From Bacteroidia bacterium (GTDB lineage: Bacteria > Bacteroidota > Bacteroidia > NS11-12g > UBA9320), in NCBI GenBank assembly GCA_047614125.1, contig JBLHHI010000001.1, positions 1 through 63,296 on the forward strand: a stretch of 63,296 nucleotides of DNA, read 5' to 3'. The notes under the pieces are model-generated. The model saw only the letters and a list, made by a program, of their open reading frames with translations, ran no database searches and was not told the origin of the DNA. Positions within the stretch are counted from its first letter, which is position 1; each line of letters opens with the position of its first letter. A program made the translations under genes and the position numbers. Shown piece by piece: positions 1 through 8,381 of this stretch.

Positions 1-99
1 CGCATTTGCCGCCAATCCATACACGGTTTCCGTTGGAATCGCCACCAATTCGCCTCGAATTAGGGCATTCGCAGCTCGTTGTAAATCGACTCCAATCAT
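1..99 (-). CDS. Sua5/YrdC/TsaC-family (L-threonylcarbamoyladenylate synthase-like) protein. Only the N-terminal 33 codons are present; the gene runs off the left edge.
   Basis: Reverse-strand translation from the ATG at 99-97 gives MIGVDLQRAANALIRGELVAIPTETVYGLAANA. It contains the family hallmark PTETVYGL. It is not in the ORF track because it is truncated. Confidence 0.6.
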   Translation of the reverse strand, partial: MIGVDLQRAANALIRGELVAIPTETVYGLAANA

Positions 100-114
100 C
101 TAAATATCAATGCA

Positions 115-1476
115 TTACTTCTTGCTGCGCTTCAATCCGTACTTGTCAATCTTGTTGTATAAGTGACTGCGCTGAATATCGATTTCGGCTGCTGTTTTAG
201 CCACATTCCACTTGTTCTTTTTTAGCTTATGATCAATGAATACCTTTTCGGCGTAATCCTTAAACTCCTGGAACTTTTCAAACTGTTCTACCACATCCAA
301 CGAGCTCGTTCTGCGAATCGCTGCATTCGAGAAGTTTAATACATCTTCTCCGGTAATCTTATCTTCACAGAGAATAACCAAACGTTCTATCACGTTTCGC
401 AATTCCCGAATGTTTCCACTCCAACCAATCTTTTTGAGTTCTTGCATTGCACTGGTAGCCAGCACCTTGCGACCCATGCCATTGTCTTCACAAATCTCTG
501 TGATAAAACGTTCGGCTAACAACGGAATGTCATCTGTGCGATCATTTAACGATGGAACGTGAATGAGTATCACACTAATGCGATGGTATAAATCTTCTCG
601 GAATCTTCCTTCTTCGATTTCCAATCGAAGATCTTTATTGGTCGCAGCAACAATTCGAACATCTACATCGAGGTCTTTATCACCTCCAACTCGAGTAATT
701 TTATTTTCTTGTAAGGCTCGCAAAACCTTGGCTTGAGCTGATAAGCTCATGTCGCCAATTTCATCCAAAAACAAAGTACCAGTATGTGCTTTTTCAAACT
801 TGCCAATACGTTGTCTATGCGCCGAAGTAAAACTGCCTTTTTCATGACCAAATAACTCGCTTTCAATGAGTTCCGAAGGAATAGCCGCGCAATTAACCTC
901 CACGAAGGGCTCTGCATGTCGATTGCTTTTTTCGTGAATCCAACGGGCAACTAATTCTTTTCCCGTTCCGTTCTCCCCAGTTATTAAAACCCGAGCATCC
1001 GTAGGCGCCACTTTCTCAATGGTGTCTTTAATCTTTTTAATGGAGGGACTGTCGCCAATCATTTCACGCGTCTTGGTAATCTTGCGCTTTAACACCTTGG
1101 TTTCGATAACCAAGCTGTTCTTTTCGGTGGCGTTCCGAACGGTTATAAGGAGTTTGTTTAAATCCGGTGGCTTCGATATGAAATCATACGCACCTTTTTT
1201 AGTAGCTTCCAAAGCGGTTTCGATGGTACCGTGACCGGAAATCATTATGAACGGTAGTTCTGGCACCAGACTCGATACTTTATCGAGTAATTCAATGCCA
1301 TCCATGCCGGGCATTTTGATATCGCACAGCACTGCATCGTAGTTATACTTCTTTATTAAATCAAAGGCTTTCTTGCCGTCTTCGGCTTCTTCAACCTCGT
1401 AATTTTCGTACAAAAGAATCTCTTTAAGAGTCTCTCTAATACTGGCTTCGTCATCAACAATTAGAATTCTTGGCAT
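115..1476 (-). CDS. Sigma-54-dependent response regulator (NtrC/AtoC-type enhancer-binding protein)
   Basis: 453 aa. It has an N-terminal receiver domain (ILIVDDE ... DIKMPGMDG). The AAA+ domain has Walker A GENGTGKE and ELFGHEKGSFTSA (a GAFTGA-loop variant). There is a C-terminal Fis-type HTH. Confidence 0.9.
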   Translation of the reverse strand: MPRILIVDDEASIRETLKEILLYENYEVEEAEDGKKAFDLIKKYNYDAVLCDIKMPGMDGIELLDKVSSLVPELPFIMISGHGTIETALEATKKGAYDFISKPPDLNKLLITVRNATEKNSLVIETKVLKRKITKTREMIGDSPSIKKIKDTIEKVAPTDARVLITGENGTGKELVARWIHEKSNRHAEPFVEVNCAAIPSELIESELFGHEKGSFTSAHRQRIGKFEKAHTGTLFLDEIGDMSLSAQAKVLRALQENKITRVGGDKDLDVDVRIVAATNKDLRLEIEEGRFREDLYHRISVILIHVPSLNDRTDDIPLLAERFITEICEDNGMGRKVLATSAMQELKKIGWSGNIRELRNVIERLVILCEDKITGEDVLNFSNAAIRRTSSLDVVEQFEKFQEFKDYAEKVFIDHKLKKNKWNVAKTAAEIDIQRSHLYNKIDKYGLKRSKK

Positions 1477-1497
1477 CGTGTTTTTTATTTAAAAAAA

Positions 1498-1880
1498 ATG
1501 GACAAATCTATAAGCCGGGTTCTGTATCGAAGCAAACGCTCCAACGTCTATCATTTATCTGGTCGAGACGTTACCGTCTGGATCTATCAACCTACCCTCC
1601 CTGTTTGCCGAAGCAACGAAACTGGTCGTCTCTTCCAGGGTTTGCTTGGTCTTTCAACATGCAAGGTTTGTACCAGCCTACTGTTACCAGTAAACCGCGT
1701 GGGCTCTTACCCCTCGTTTTCACCATTCCTCGCCGAAACGAGATGTTATTTTCTGCTACACTCGCTGTCTGCAGGCCTTAATTCCTACATCCCCTGATAT
1801 TCTCAGGGTGCATTACCATGCGTTGCCCGGACTTTCCTCCCCTGTATTTAAACAAAGGCGATAGACCGATTTGTCCGAAG
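1498..1880 (-). ncRNA. rnpB: RNase P RNA, bacterial type A
   Basis: The reverse strand carries the universal P4 motifs GAGGAAAGTCCGGGC (1825-1839) and ACAGAACCCGGCTTATAG (1508-1525). It also has a GGGTAAGAGCCCACGCGG element. The ends pair as P1: GGACAAATC at 1876-1868 with GATTTGTCC at 1508-1500. The length is about 380 nt, in a 440-bp gap with no credible CDS. End coordinates are approximate (+/-5 nt). Confidence 0.88.
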
Positions 1881-1916
1881 CAAAAGTAGGAAAAAAATGT
1901 ACAAAATATTTGACGG

Positions 1917-2918
1917 TTAATGCAAGCTGTACCGAAGTTGGATAGAAACGGCAAAGTGATCGCTGTAACCAGCCAGATAATTTCTTCCACCAAAGGTCCT
2001 CAACGGATATCCCTCGTACTTTTCAGAGTGTTGACGAAGGGCTTCATTATCCTTTATTTGAACGGAGTTGGCCACGTAGCGCCATGTTTTGCTGTCTTGA
2101 AGGTTGGAATTAATGATGATTTGATCCAGCATGTTCCAATCATCGCGATAACAATAACTGCCCTTTCCATTTTTTTCTAAATCCGCCATAAGGTTGAAAA
2201 GTTGTGCATTACTTGTTTCAGAAGCAACGGTTTGCAAACTGTGGCTGGATGGTTCATCGTTAAAATCTCCCATTATAACAATGTTTGCCGTTGGATCTTC
2301 CTTGATGAGTCGTGCCGACAAGGCAGCAAGCGTTTGTGCCGCTTTGATGCGCTTTGGTTCACTCTCTTCCAAACCTCCGCGCCGAGAGGGCCAGTGGTTT
2401 ACCAAAAAATAAAAGTTCTCTTGGGTTTGTTTTGCTTCGAGTTTCACCCACAGAATATCGCGCGTTATCTGCTGAAATTCAGATAAATCTATTTTTTCCA
2501 TGCCATGTTCGATGTATTTAAATACCTTCGGATTGTAGATGGCGCCCACATCAATCCCGCGTAGGTCGGAACTTTCTTCATGAATAATTTTATACTTAGC
2601 CGTTCTGAGCAAAGGCGTTTTTATCAAGTCTTGAATAACCAACTTGTTCTCAATTTCACACAAGCCCAAAAAGTCAGGCGTTCCACCATTTAGGTCAGAA
2701 ATTACCGTGCTTAAATTCAGCAACTTTGTATTGTATTTGTCCGTATTCCAAGCCTTGGCCGAATCCGGAAGAAATTCGCCATCAAAGGTGTTTGGATCGT
2801 CGATCGTATCAAAAAGATTTTCAACATTGTAGAATCCAACCGTAATTACGCCATTTTTACTGCACGACACAGCCGATAACACGATGAAAAGAAAGATAAA
2901 CTTTAAGAAGATTTTCAT
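1917..2918 (-). CDS. Endonuclease/exonuclease/phosphatase (EEP) family lipoprotein
   Basis: The ORF is 1917-2993. I prefer the internal start MKIFLKFIFLFIVLSAVSC (lipoprotein-type signal) at 2918. EEP-type motifs are GDFNDEP and YSDHFAV. Confidence 0.8.
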   Translation of the reverse strand: MKIFLKFIFLFIVLSAVSCSKNGVITVGFYNVENLFDTIDDPNTFDGEFLPDSAKAWNTDKYNTKLLNLSTVISDLNGGTPDFLGLCEIENKLVIQDLIKTPLLRTAKYKIIHEESSDLRGIDVGAIYNPKVFKYIEHGMEKIDLSEFQQITRDILWVKLEAKQTQENFYFLVNHWPSRRGGLEESEPKRIKAAQTLAALSARLIKEDPTANIVIMGDFNDEPSSHSLQTVASETSNAQLFNLMADLEKNGKGSYCYRDDWNMLDQIIINSNLQDSKTWRYVANSVQIKDNEALRQHSEKYEGYPLRTFGGRNYLAGYSDHFAVSIQLRYSLH

Positions 2919-3107
2919 ACGGCGAAAATACATTTGGTTTCCAACTGCGCAAGGCTTCGGTGCACAAGTATGGTTTATGGTTGATGGTTTCAAGCTACGC
3001 TCCGATAAAGATCAGAGTTTTGGCAGACAAGTTTGGATTGTGTTTAAATGATTTCCACCTACTCAAGCATAAAAGGACAAGATATTTTTTGAATTTCCCT
3101 GCATCAA

Positions 3108-3160
3108 CCATAAACTATAAACGAGGAAACAATACACTATAAACGAGGAAACCATAAACT
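3108..3160. repeat. About 2.4 copies of a 22-nt tandem repeat in the divergent EEP/glmM promoter region
   Basis: Unit 3108-3129 is CCATAAACTATAAACGAGGAAA and unit 3130-3151 is CAATACACTATAAACGAGGAAA (20/22 identical). A partial third unit CCATAAACT lies at 3152-3160. The period of 22 nt is about two helical turns. Confidence 0.8.
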
Positions 3161-3202
3161 TTCAACTTTTCACTTTTACCTTCCAACTAATAACTATTCT
3201 CC

Positions 3203-3210
3203 TAATTTTG
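3203..3210 (+). promoter_or_regulatory. Candidate Bacteroidota -7 promoter box (TAnnTTTG) for glmM
   Basis: TAATTTTG ends 7 nt before the glmM ATG (3218), which implies a very short or absent leader. Confidence 0.35.
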
Positions 3211-3217
3211 CCTGCAT

Positions 3218-4597
3218 ATGACACTAATCAAATCAATATCAGGAATTCGAGGAACCATAGGAGGACGGCCCGGAGAAGGACTGACACCATTGGATGCAGT
3301 AACCTTTGCAGCAGCGTATGCCGCTTGGCTTCAAAAGAACAATTCGGGAAAGCTTAAGGTGGCCATCGGTCGAGATGCACGAATTAGCGGGGAAATGATT
3401 GCTGGTTTGGTAAGTCAAACCTTGGTTGGTATGGGCATCGATGTTATTGATCTCGGGCTGAGTACAACGCCAACCGTTGAGATAGCAGTGCCAGATTTGG
3501 GAGCACATGGCGGAATTATTTTAACTGCCAGCCATAATCCCATTCAATGGAATGCGCTGAAGCTGCTGAATTCGATGGGTGAATTTATTACGGCCGCCGA
3601 TGGAGCAGAAATGTTGGCCATTGCGAAAAAAGGGGAGATGAACTTTGCTGAAGTGGAGGAATTGGGAACCATTGTTTTAGATTCAACTTGGATTGAAAAA
3701 CACATTAACAAAGTGATGGATTGCGTTGAGGTTCAGGCTGATGCAATACGAAAACGGAAATTTAAAGTAGTGGTGGATTCTGTAAATAGTACGGGCTCAC
3801 TATCCATTCCACCCTTGCTTGAGCGATTAGGAGTTACAGATGTAATTTCCATCAATGATGTACCAAACGGCATTTTTGCTCACAATCCAGAACCCTTAGC
3901 TGTTAACCTCACTGAAATTTCAGAACGCGTTGTTGAAGAAAAAGCAGATCTCGGAATTGTGGTAGATCCAGATGTTGATCGTTTGTGCTTTGTAATGGAA
4001 AACGGTGAAATGTTTGGCGAAGAGTATACCTTAGTTGCTGTGGCGGATTATCTGCTCTCGTTAACTCCGGGGAATACGGTTTCAAACCTATCTTCAACCC
4101 GGGCGCTGGCCGATGTAACATCCTCATACAATGGATCATACAGTGCAAGCGCAGTAGGGGAGGTAAACGTAGTAACCAAGATGAAAGAGGTAAAAGCGGT
4201 AATTGGTGGTGAGGGAAATGGTGGAATCATTTGGCCCAAACTTCATTATGGACGAGATGCGTTGGCAGGAATTGCCTTGTTCTTAACCCACCTTGCTCAA
4301 AAGGAATGCACCATGACCGAATTAAAGAATGGGTATCCGCAATACGAGATGTCGAAGAACAAAATAGATCTTCAGCCTGGAATGTCCATCCCCAATATTT
4401 TGGAGAAGATGAAGTTAAAGTATGCCTCAGAACGATTAAATACCGTTGATGGATTAAAGATCGATTTCGACAATGAATGGGTGCATTTGCGAGGTTCAAA
4501 CACTGAACCAATCATTCGCATTTACGCCGAAAGCAAGTCGGCAGAAAGTGCGCACAACTTAACGGAACGCATTAAAAAAGAGATACTTAGCCTATAA
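3218..4597 (+). CDS. glmM: Phosphoglucosamine mutase (alpha-D-phosphohexomutase family)
   Basis: 459 aa. It has the active-site loop TASHNP, the Mg-binding loop VVDPDVDR, and an N-terminal ISGIRG motif. Confidence 0.85.
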   Translation: MTLIKSISGIRGTIGGRPGEGLTPLDAVTFAAAYAAWLQKNNSGKLKVAIGRDARISGEMIAGLVSQTLVGMGIDVIDLGLSTTPTVEIAVPDLGAHGGIILTASHNPIQWNALKLLNSMGEFITAADGAEMLAIAKKGEMNFAEVEELGTIVLDSTWIEKHINKVMDCVEVQADAIRKRKFKVVVDSVNSTGSLSIPPLLERLGVTDVISINDVPNGIFAHNPEPLAVNLTEISERVVEEKADLGIVVDPDVDRLCFVMENGEMFGEEYTLVAVADYLLSLTPGNTVSNLSSTRALADVTSSYNGSYSASAVGEVNVVTKMKEVKAVIGGEGNGGIIWPKLHYGRDALAGIALFLTHLAQKECTMTELKNGYPQYEMSKNKIDLQPGMSIPNILEKMKLKYASERLNTVDGLKIDFDNEWVHLRGSNTEPIIRIYAESKSAESAHNLTERIKKEILSL

Positions 4598-4644
4598 TAT
4601 TCAGAATTTCGCCATCGATGATAATAAATTATTAAACGTTTAAA

Positions 4645-5655
4645 ATGACAAGTTCGCAAATTTGCTTTTTATATAATTTCAGATTCAGATGCTTCTCAAC
4701 ATGCCTAGTGCTAGTGGTTGTTTTCTTGGTTGGATGCGGTGAAAAATCAAAACCATCTTCAAATCCCGGTATGGATATTAAAGATGATGCGGCCTTTCAA
4801 TTGGTGATCTTAGGAACCGTTCAAGATGCTGGTTCGCCTCATGTTGGTTGCGAAAAAGAATGTTGTTCTAATTTGAGTCTGGAGGAGAAAGGCAGACGAA
4901 GAGTTTCATGCATTGGTTTATTTGATCGAGTTGAGCAAAAGACCTTTCTGTTTGATGCCACACCAGATATTGTGGCACAAATCAACGGAATGAATGCACA
5001 GCTCAGCTTGTCGAATAAACAATTGCCCGACGGCATTTTTTTAACCCATGCCCACATAGGTCATTATACAGGACTCATGTTCCTAGGACGCGAAAGTGTG
5101 AATGCTTCTAAGGTTCCAGTCTATGCAATGCCACGGATGTTTGAATTCTTAAAAAGCAACGGCCCGTGGTCGCAACTTGTTGATTTACAAAATATTGAAC
5201 TGAAATTGCTAAGGTCAGATTCTCTGATTAAAATCACTAAGGGGCTGTCGGTCACTCCCATTGTAGTACCTCATCGCGATGAATTTAGTGAGACCGTTGG
5301 GTACATTATAGCTGCCCTGAACAAGAAAGTGCTTTTCATTCCCGACATCGACAAATGGATGAAGTGGAATCGGGACATCACCGACTATGTAAAACTGGTA
5401 GATTATGCCTTCATAGATGCCACATTTTACGGCCCTAACGAAGTAAAGCGCAGCATGAACGAAATACCACATCCCTTTGTAGTGGAGAGTATGGCCATGT
5501 TTGAATCGCTTCCTGACACAGAAAAAGCCAAGATCCATTTCATCCATTTAAATCATACCAATCCATTGTTAAATTCGAACTCTGAAGAGTATAAGGAGGT
5601 AATAAGCAAAGGCTTTCACGTGGCTAGAATTGAGCAAGTCTTTGATTTGGAATAA
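4645..5655 (+). CDS. MBL-fold metallo-hydrolase lipoprotein (PqqB-like)
   Basis: 336 aa. It has the lipobox LVGC after a hydrophobic N-terminus and the metal motif LTHAHIGHYTG. Confidence 0.7.
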   Translation: MTSSQICFLYNFRFRCFSTCLVLVVVFLVGCGEKSKPSSNPGMDIKDDAAFQLVILGTVQDAGSPHVGCEKECCSNLSLEEKGRRRVSCIGLFDRVEQKTFLFDATPDIVAQINGMNAQLSLSNKQLPDGIFLTHAHIGHYTGLMFLGRESVNASKVPVYAMPRMFEFLKSNGPWSQLVDLQNIELKLLRSDSLIKITKGLSVTPIVVPHRDEFSETVGYIIAALNKKVLFIPDIDKWMKWNRDITDYVKLVDYAFIDATFYGPNEVKRSMNEIPHPFVVESMAMFESLPDTEKAKIHFIHLNHTNPLLNSNSEEYKEVISKGFHVARIEQVFDLE

Positions 5656-5709
5656 GGGAGCGTCATTCAGAGCCCGCCTTCTGAGGCGAAGCGATGAGAG
5701 GTGGTGTTG

Positions 5710-5730
5710 GATGAATCTTTTCAATTGAGA
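5710..5730 (+). repeat. Partial, diverged copy of the AACCTGAGTTCG...AATCTTTTCAAATTCAGA repeat family
   Basis: GATGAATCTTTTCAATTGAGA matches GATTAATCTTTTCAAATTCAGA (57031-57052) with 2 mismatches and 1 indel. It lies between convergent genes, abutting the stop at 5732. Confidence 0.3.
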
Positions 5731-5731
5731 C

Positions 5732-6400
5732 TTACTCCGCCAAAAAATCATAAATCTCCTGGTTCTCCTTCGTAAAAGAAGGTTGCTTTGTGGTAAACCC
5801 TTTAATCATGGCCGCCGCCAACAAATAATCCTTCATCGGCCGATATTTCGTTAGAATATTCCAACAAGCCAATTGACGCATTACCCGAATTCCAATCTTT
5901 TCCATCACTCGGTTTTCTTTCCGATCTCCATCCAAAATACTGGGACGATAGATGTGTATGGTGTTGAATTTAATCATCTTAACCGCATCCTCCATTTCAC
6001 CCTTAATTTTAGAATAAAAGTTGTCAGATTTCGATTTTGCCCCCATGGATGAAACCAACACGTACGATTTAACCCCGTTTTTAACGGCCAACCTAGCAAA
6101 TTCCAGCGGATACGTTACATCCACCTTATACTGCGCTTCTTTGCTGCCAGCGGTTCTTATGGTGGTCCCCATTGCTGAAAAGAGAACCGTACCTTTTATA
6201 TGATCCGAAATATCGGATAAGTTCTCAAAATTGGTGATGATGGTTTCTAGTTTTTCGTGATGAAGGTCCGGAATTCCGCGTCGACCAAAACATCGAATAT
6301 TTGTGCATTTTGGATCTTTAATCAATTGATCAACTAATTGGTTGCCGATTAAACCAGTGTGCCCAATAACTAGGGCAGCGTATTCTAGTACTTTATCCAT
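5732..6400 (-). CDS. NAD(P)H-binding oxidoreductase (atypical SDR/epimerase-like)
   Basis: The ORF is 5732-6415. I prefer the start MDKVLEY at 6400, which places the Rossmann motif VIGHTGLIGN near the N-terminus. Confidence 0.75.
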   Translation of the reverse strand: MDKVLEYAALVIGHTGLIGNQLVDQLIKDPKCTNIRCFGRRGIPDLHHEKLETIITNFENLSDISDHIKGTVLFSAMGTTIRTAGSKEAQYKVDVTYPLEFARLAVKNGVKSYVLVSSMGAKSKSDNFYSKIKGEMEDAVKMIKFNTIHIYRPSILDGDRKENRVMEKIGIRVMRQLACWNILTKYRPMKDYLLAAAMIKGFTTKQPSFTKENQEIYDFLAE

Positions 6401-6477
6401 TGGATAACACAACAAATATAAACGGCTTAAGTTTCAATTATTTAACTTCCTAATCATCTTTCTCCTACCTTCGCCCC

Positions 6478-8370
6478 GTGAATTATTTATCGGTCGAAAA
6501 TCTGGAAAAAAACCTGGGAGAACGCATCCTTTTTTCCAACCTAAACTTTGGGTTAAACAAGGGCGACAAGATGGCTTTAATAGCCAACAATGGAACCGGT
6601 AAATCAAGTCTCCTAAAAATCATTGCAGGCATGGATATTCCGAGCCAAGGCCAATCGGTTTTTCGAAATGGAATTCGGTTTGGATATTTGGATCAAGAGC
6701 CTGATTTTGAACATGATATAACCATTTCCGAACTCATCAAAACCGCCAATTCGGAGATGCTGGAAATCATTTCCAGCTATCATTTAGCCATTGATGCTCA
6801 AGCGGAAAACTTTGATGAAAAAACACAGGCTCTGGTAGACGGTGCCATGGCCAAGATGGATGAGGTGGATGCATGGGATTACGAACGAAGGCTGGAAGAA
6901 ATTTTGACCCTTTTTGAAATCAATAATAAAGACCAAAAAGTGGGCAGCTTGTCGGGTGGCCAAAAGAAACGATTGGCGCTTGCTCTGGCTCTTTTAGATG
7001 ACCCCGATGTGCTCATTCTTGATGAACCTACGAATCACTTGGATGTGGCGATGATTGAGTGGTTGGAGAAGCATTTGATACGAGCTGGTACAACTTTGTT
7101 TATGGTTACCCACGATCGATATTTTCTTGAAAACGTGTGCAACGTAATTCTTGAACTACACAACGGTAAACTCTATACGCACAATGGAAATTACTCCTTT
7201 TTTCTTCAGAAACGGGCTGAACGTGAAGAGGTTAAGCGCATAGAAATTGAAAAAGCTGGCAAAAAAGTGAAGACGGAAATCGATTGGATCCGTCGAATGC
7301 CAAAGGCACGTGGTACGAAATCGAAGGCAAGAATCCAGCAATTTCATGCTACTGAAGCCATCTCCAAAAGCGGGGTAAAAGAGCAAGAACTCAAGCTTTC
7401 TGTTAAGATGAGCCGCATGGGCGGGAAGATCCTTGAACTCAAAAAAATATATAAATCATACCACGACCAGTTTATGCTCAAGGGGTTTGAGTACACTTTT
7501 AAACGCGGAGAGCGAATTGGAATTGTGGGTCCAAACGGAGTTGGGAAATCCACTTTCTTAAACATTATAACTGGTGCTGTAAAAGCCGACAGCGGTAAAC
7601 GCAACTTAGGTGATACGGTGGTTTTTGGCTATTTCGACCAAAAAGGGCTCGATTTTAAGCCGGAAATGAAGGTCATCGATATTCTTAAAGAACACGCGGA
7701 AGTAATCGAGTTGGGGGATGGATCAAAACTTACAGCCTCTCAGTTTTTAAATCATTTTATGTTCCCGCCAGCGGTTCAACACAATCCAGTTTCGAAGCTG
7801 AGTGGTGGTGAAAAGAGGCGTTTACACTTGATGACCGTACTCATTAAAAATCCAAACTTTTTAATCCTCGATGAGCCTACCAATGATCTTGACTTGCTCA
7901 CGCTCAATAAGTTAGAAGATTTTCTGTTGGATTATCAGGGATGTTTGCTCATCGTATCTCACGACCGGTATTTTATGGATACGCTGGTGGATCATTTGTT
8001 TCTGTTTGAGGGCGAAGGTAAAATACGCGACTTTAATGGAACGTACTCCGATTATCGAGATGAGTTGGATGAGCGGGCTGCTCGTGAACGATCGAGTCAG
8101 GTTAAAGAAGCCGATAAAACCAGATGGAAGCAAAATGTACAAAGTGAGACTGAGGTTCGAAAACTGAGCTTTAAAGAGCGGCATGAATTTGAAACGTTGG
8201 AAAAGGAGATATCATCCTTAACTCAAGAAAAAGCTGAATTAGAACTCTTTTTAAACAGTGGAGATTCCGATTACGAAAAACTACGAGTTACCGCAGAACG
8301 AATTGAAACCATTATTTCTGACCTCGACGAAAAGGAGTTAAGATGGTTGGAACTCTCTGAATTTGAATAG
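6478..8370 (+). CDS. ABC-F family ATPase (two ABC cassettes, no membrane domain)
   Basis: 630 aa with a GTG start. Walker A motifs are NNGTGKSS and GPNGVGKST. Signature motifs are LSGGQKKR and LSGGEKRR. The C-terminus is a charged coiled-coil tail. Confidence 0.9.
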   Translation: MNYLSVENLEKNLGERILFSNLNFGLNKGDKMALIANNGTGKSSLLKIIAGMDIPSQGQSVFRNGIRFGYLDQEPDFEHDITISELIKTANSEMLEIISSYHLAIDAQAENFDEKTQALVDGAMAKMDEVDAWDYERRLEEILTLFEINNKDQKVGSLSGGQKKRLALALALLDDPDVLILDEPTNHLDVAMIEWLEKHLIRAGTTLFMVTHDRYFLENVCNVILELHNGKLYTHNGNYSFFLQKRAEREEVKRIEIEKAGKKVKTEIDWIRRMPKARGTKSKARIQQFHATEAISKSGVKEQELKLSVKMSRMGGKILELKKIYKSYHDQFMLKGFEYTFKRGERIGIVGPNGVGKSTFLNIITGAVKADSGKRNLGDTVVFGYFDQKGLDFKPEMKVIDILKEHAEVIELGDGSKLTASQFLNHFMFPPAVQHNPVSKLSGGEKRRLHLMTVLIKNPNFLILDEPTNDLDLLTLNKLEDFLLDYQGCLLIVSHDRYFMDTLVDHLFLFEGEGKIRDFNGTYSDYRDELDERAARERSSQVKEADKTRWKQNVQSETEVRKLSFKERHEFETLEKEISSLTQEKAELELFLNSGDSDYEKLRVTAERIETIISDLDEKELRWLELSEFE

Positions 8371-8381
8371 CTTACTTTCAT

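Noticed and set aside
1470-1993. Three ORFs of 71-103 aa in the gap between the sigma-54 regulator and the EEP gene
   Set aside because: They overlap the RNase P RNA, which carries the conserved P4 motifs. Their sequences are Cys/Arg/Ser-rich and implausible as proteins.
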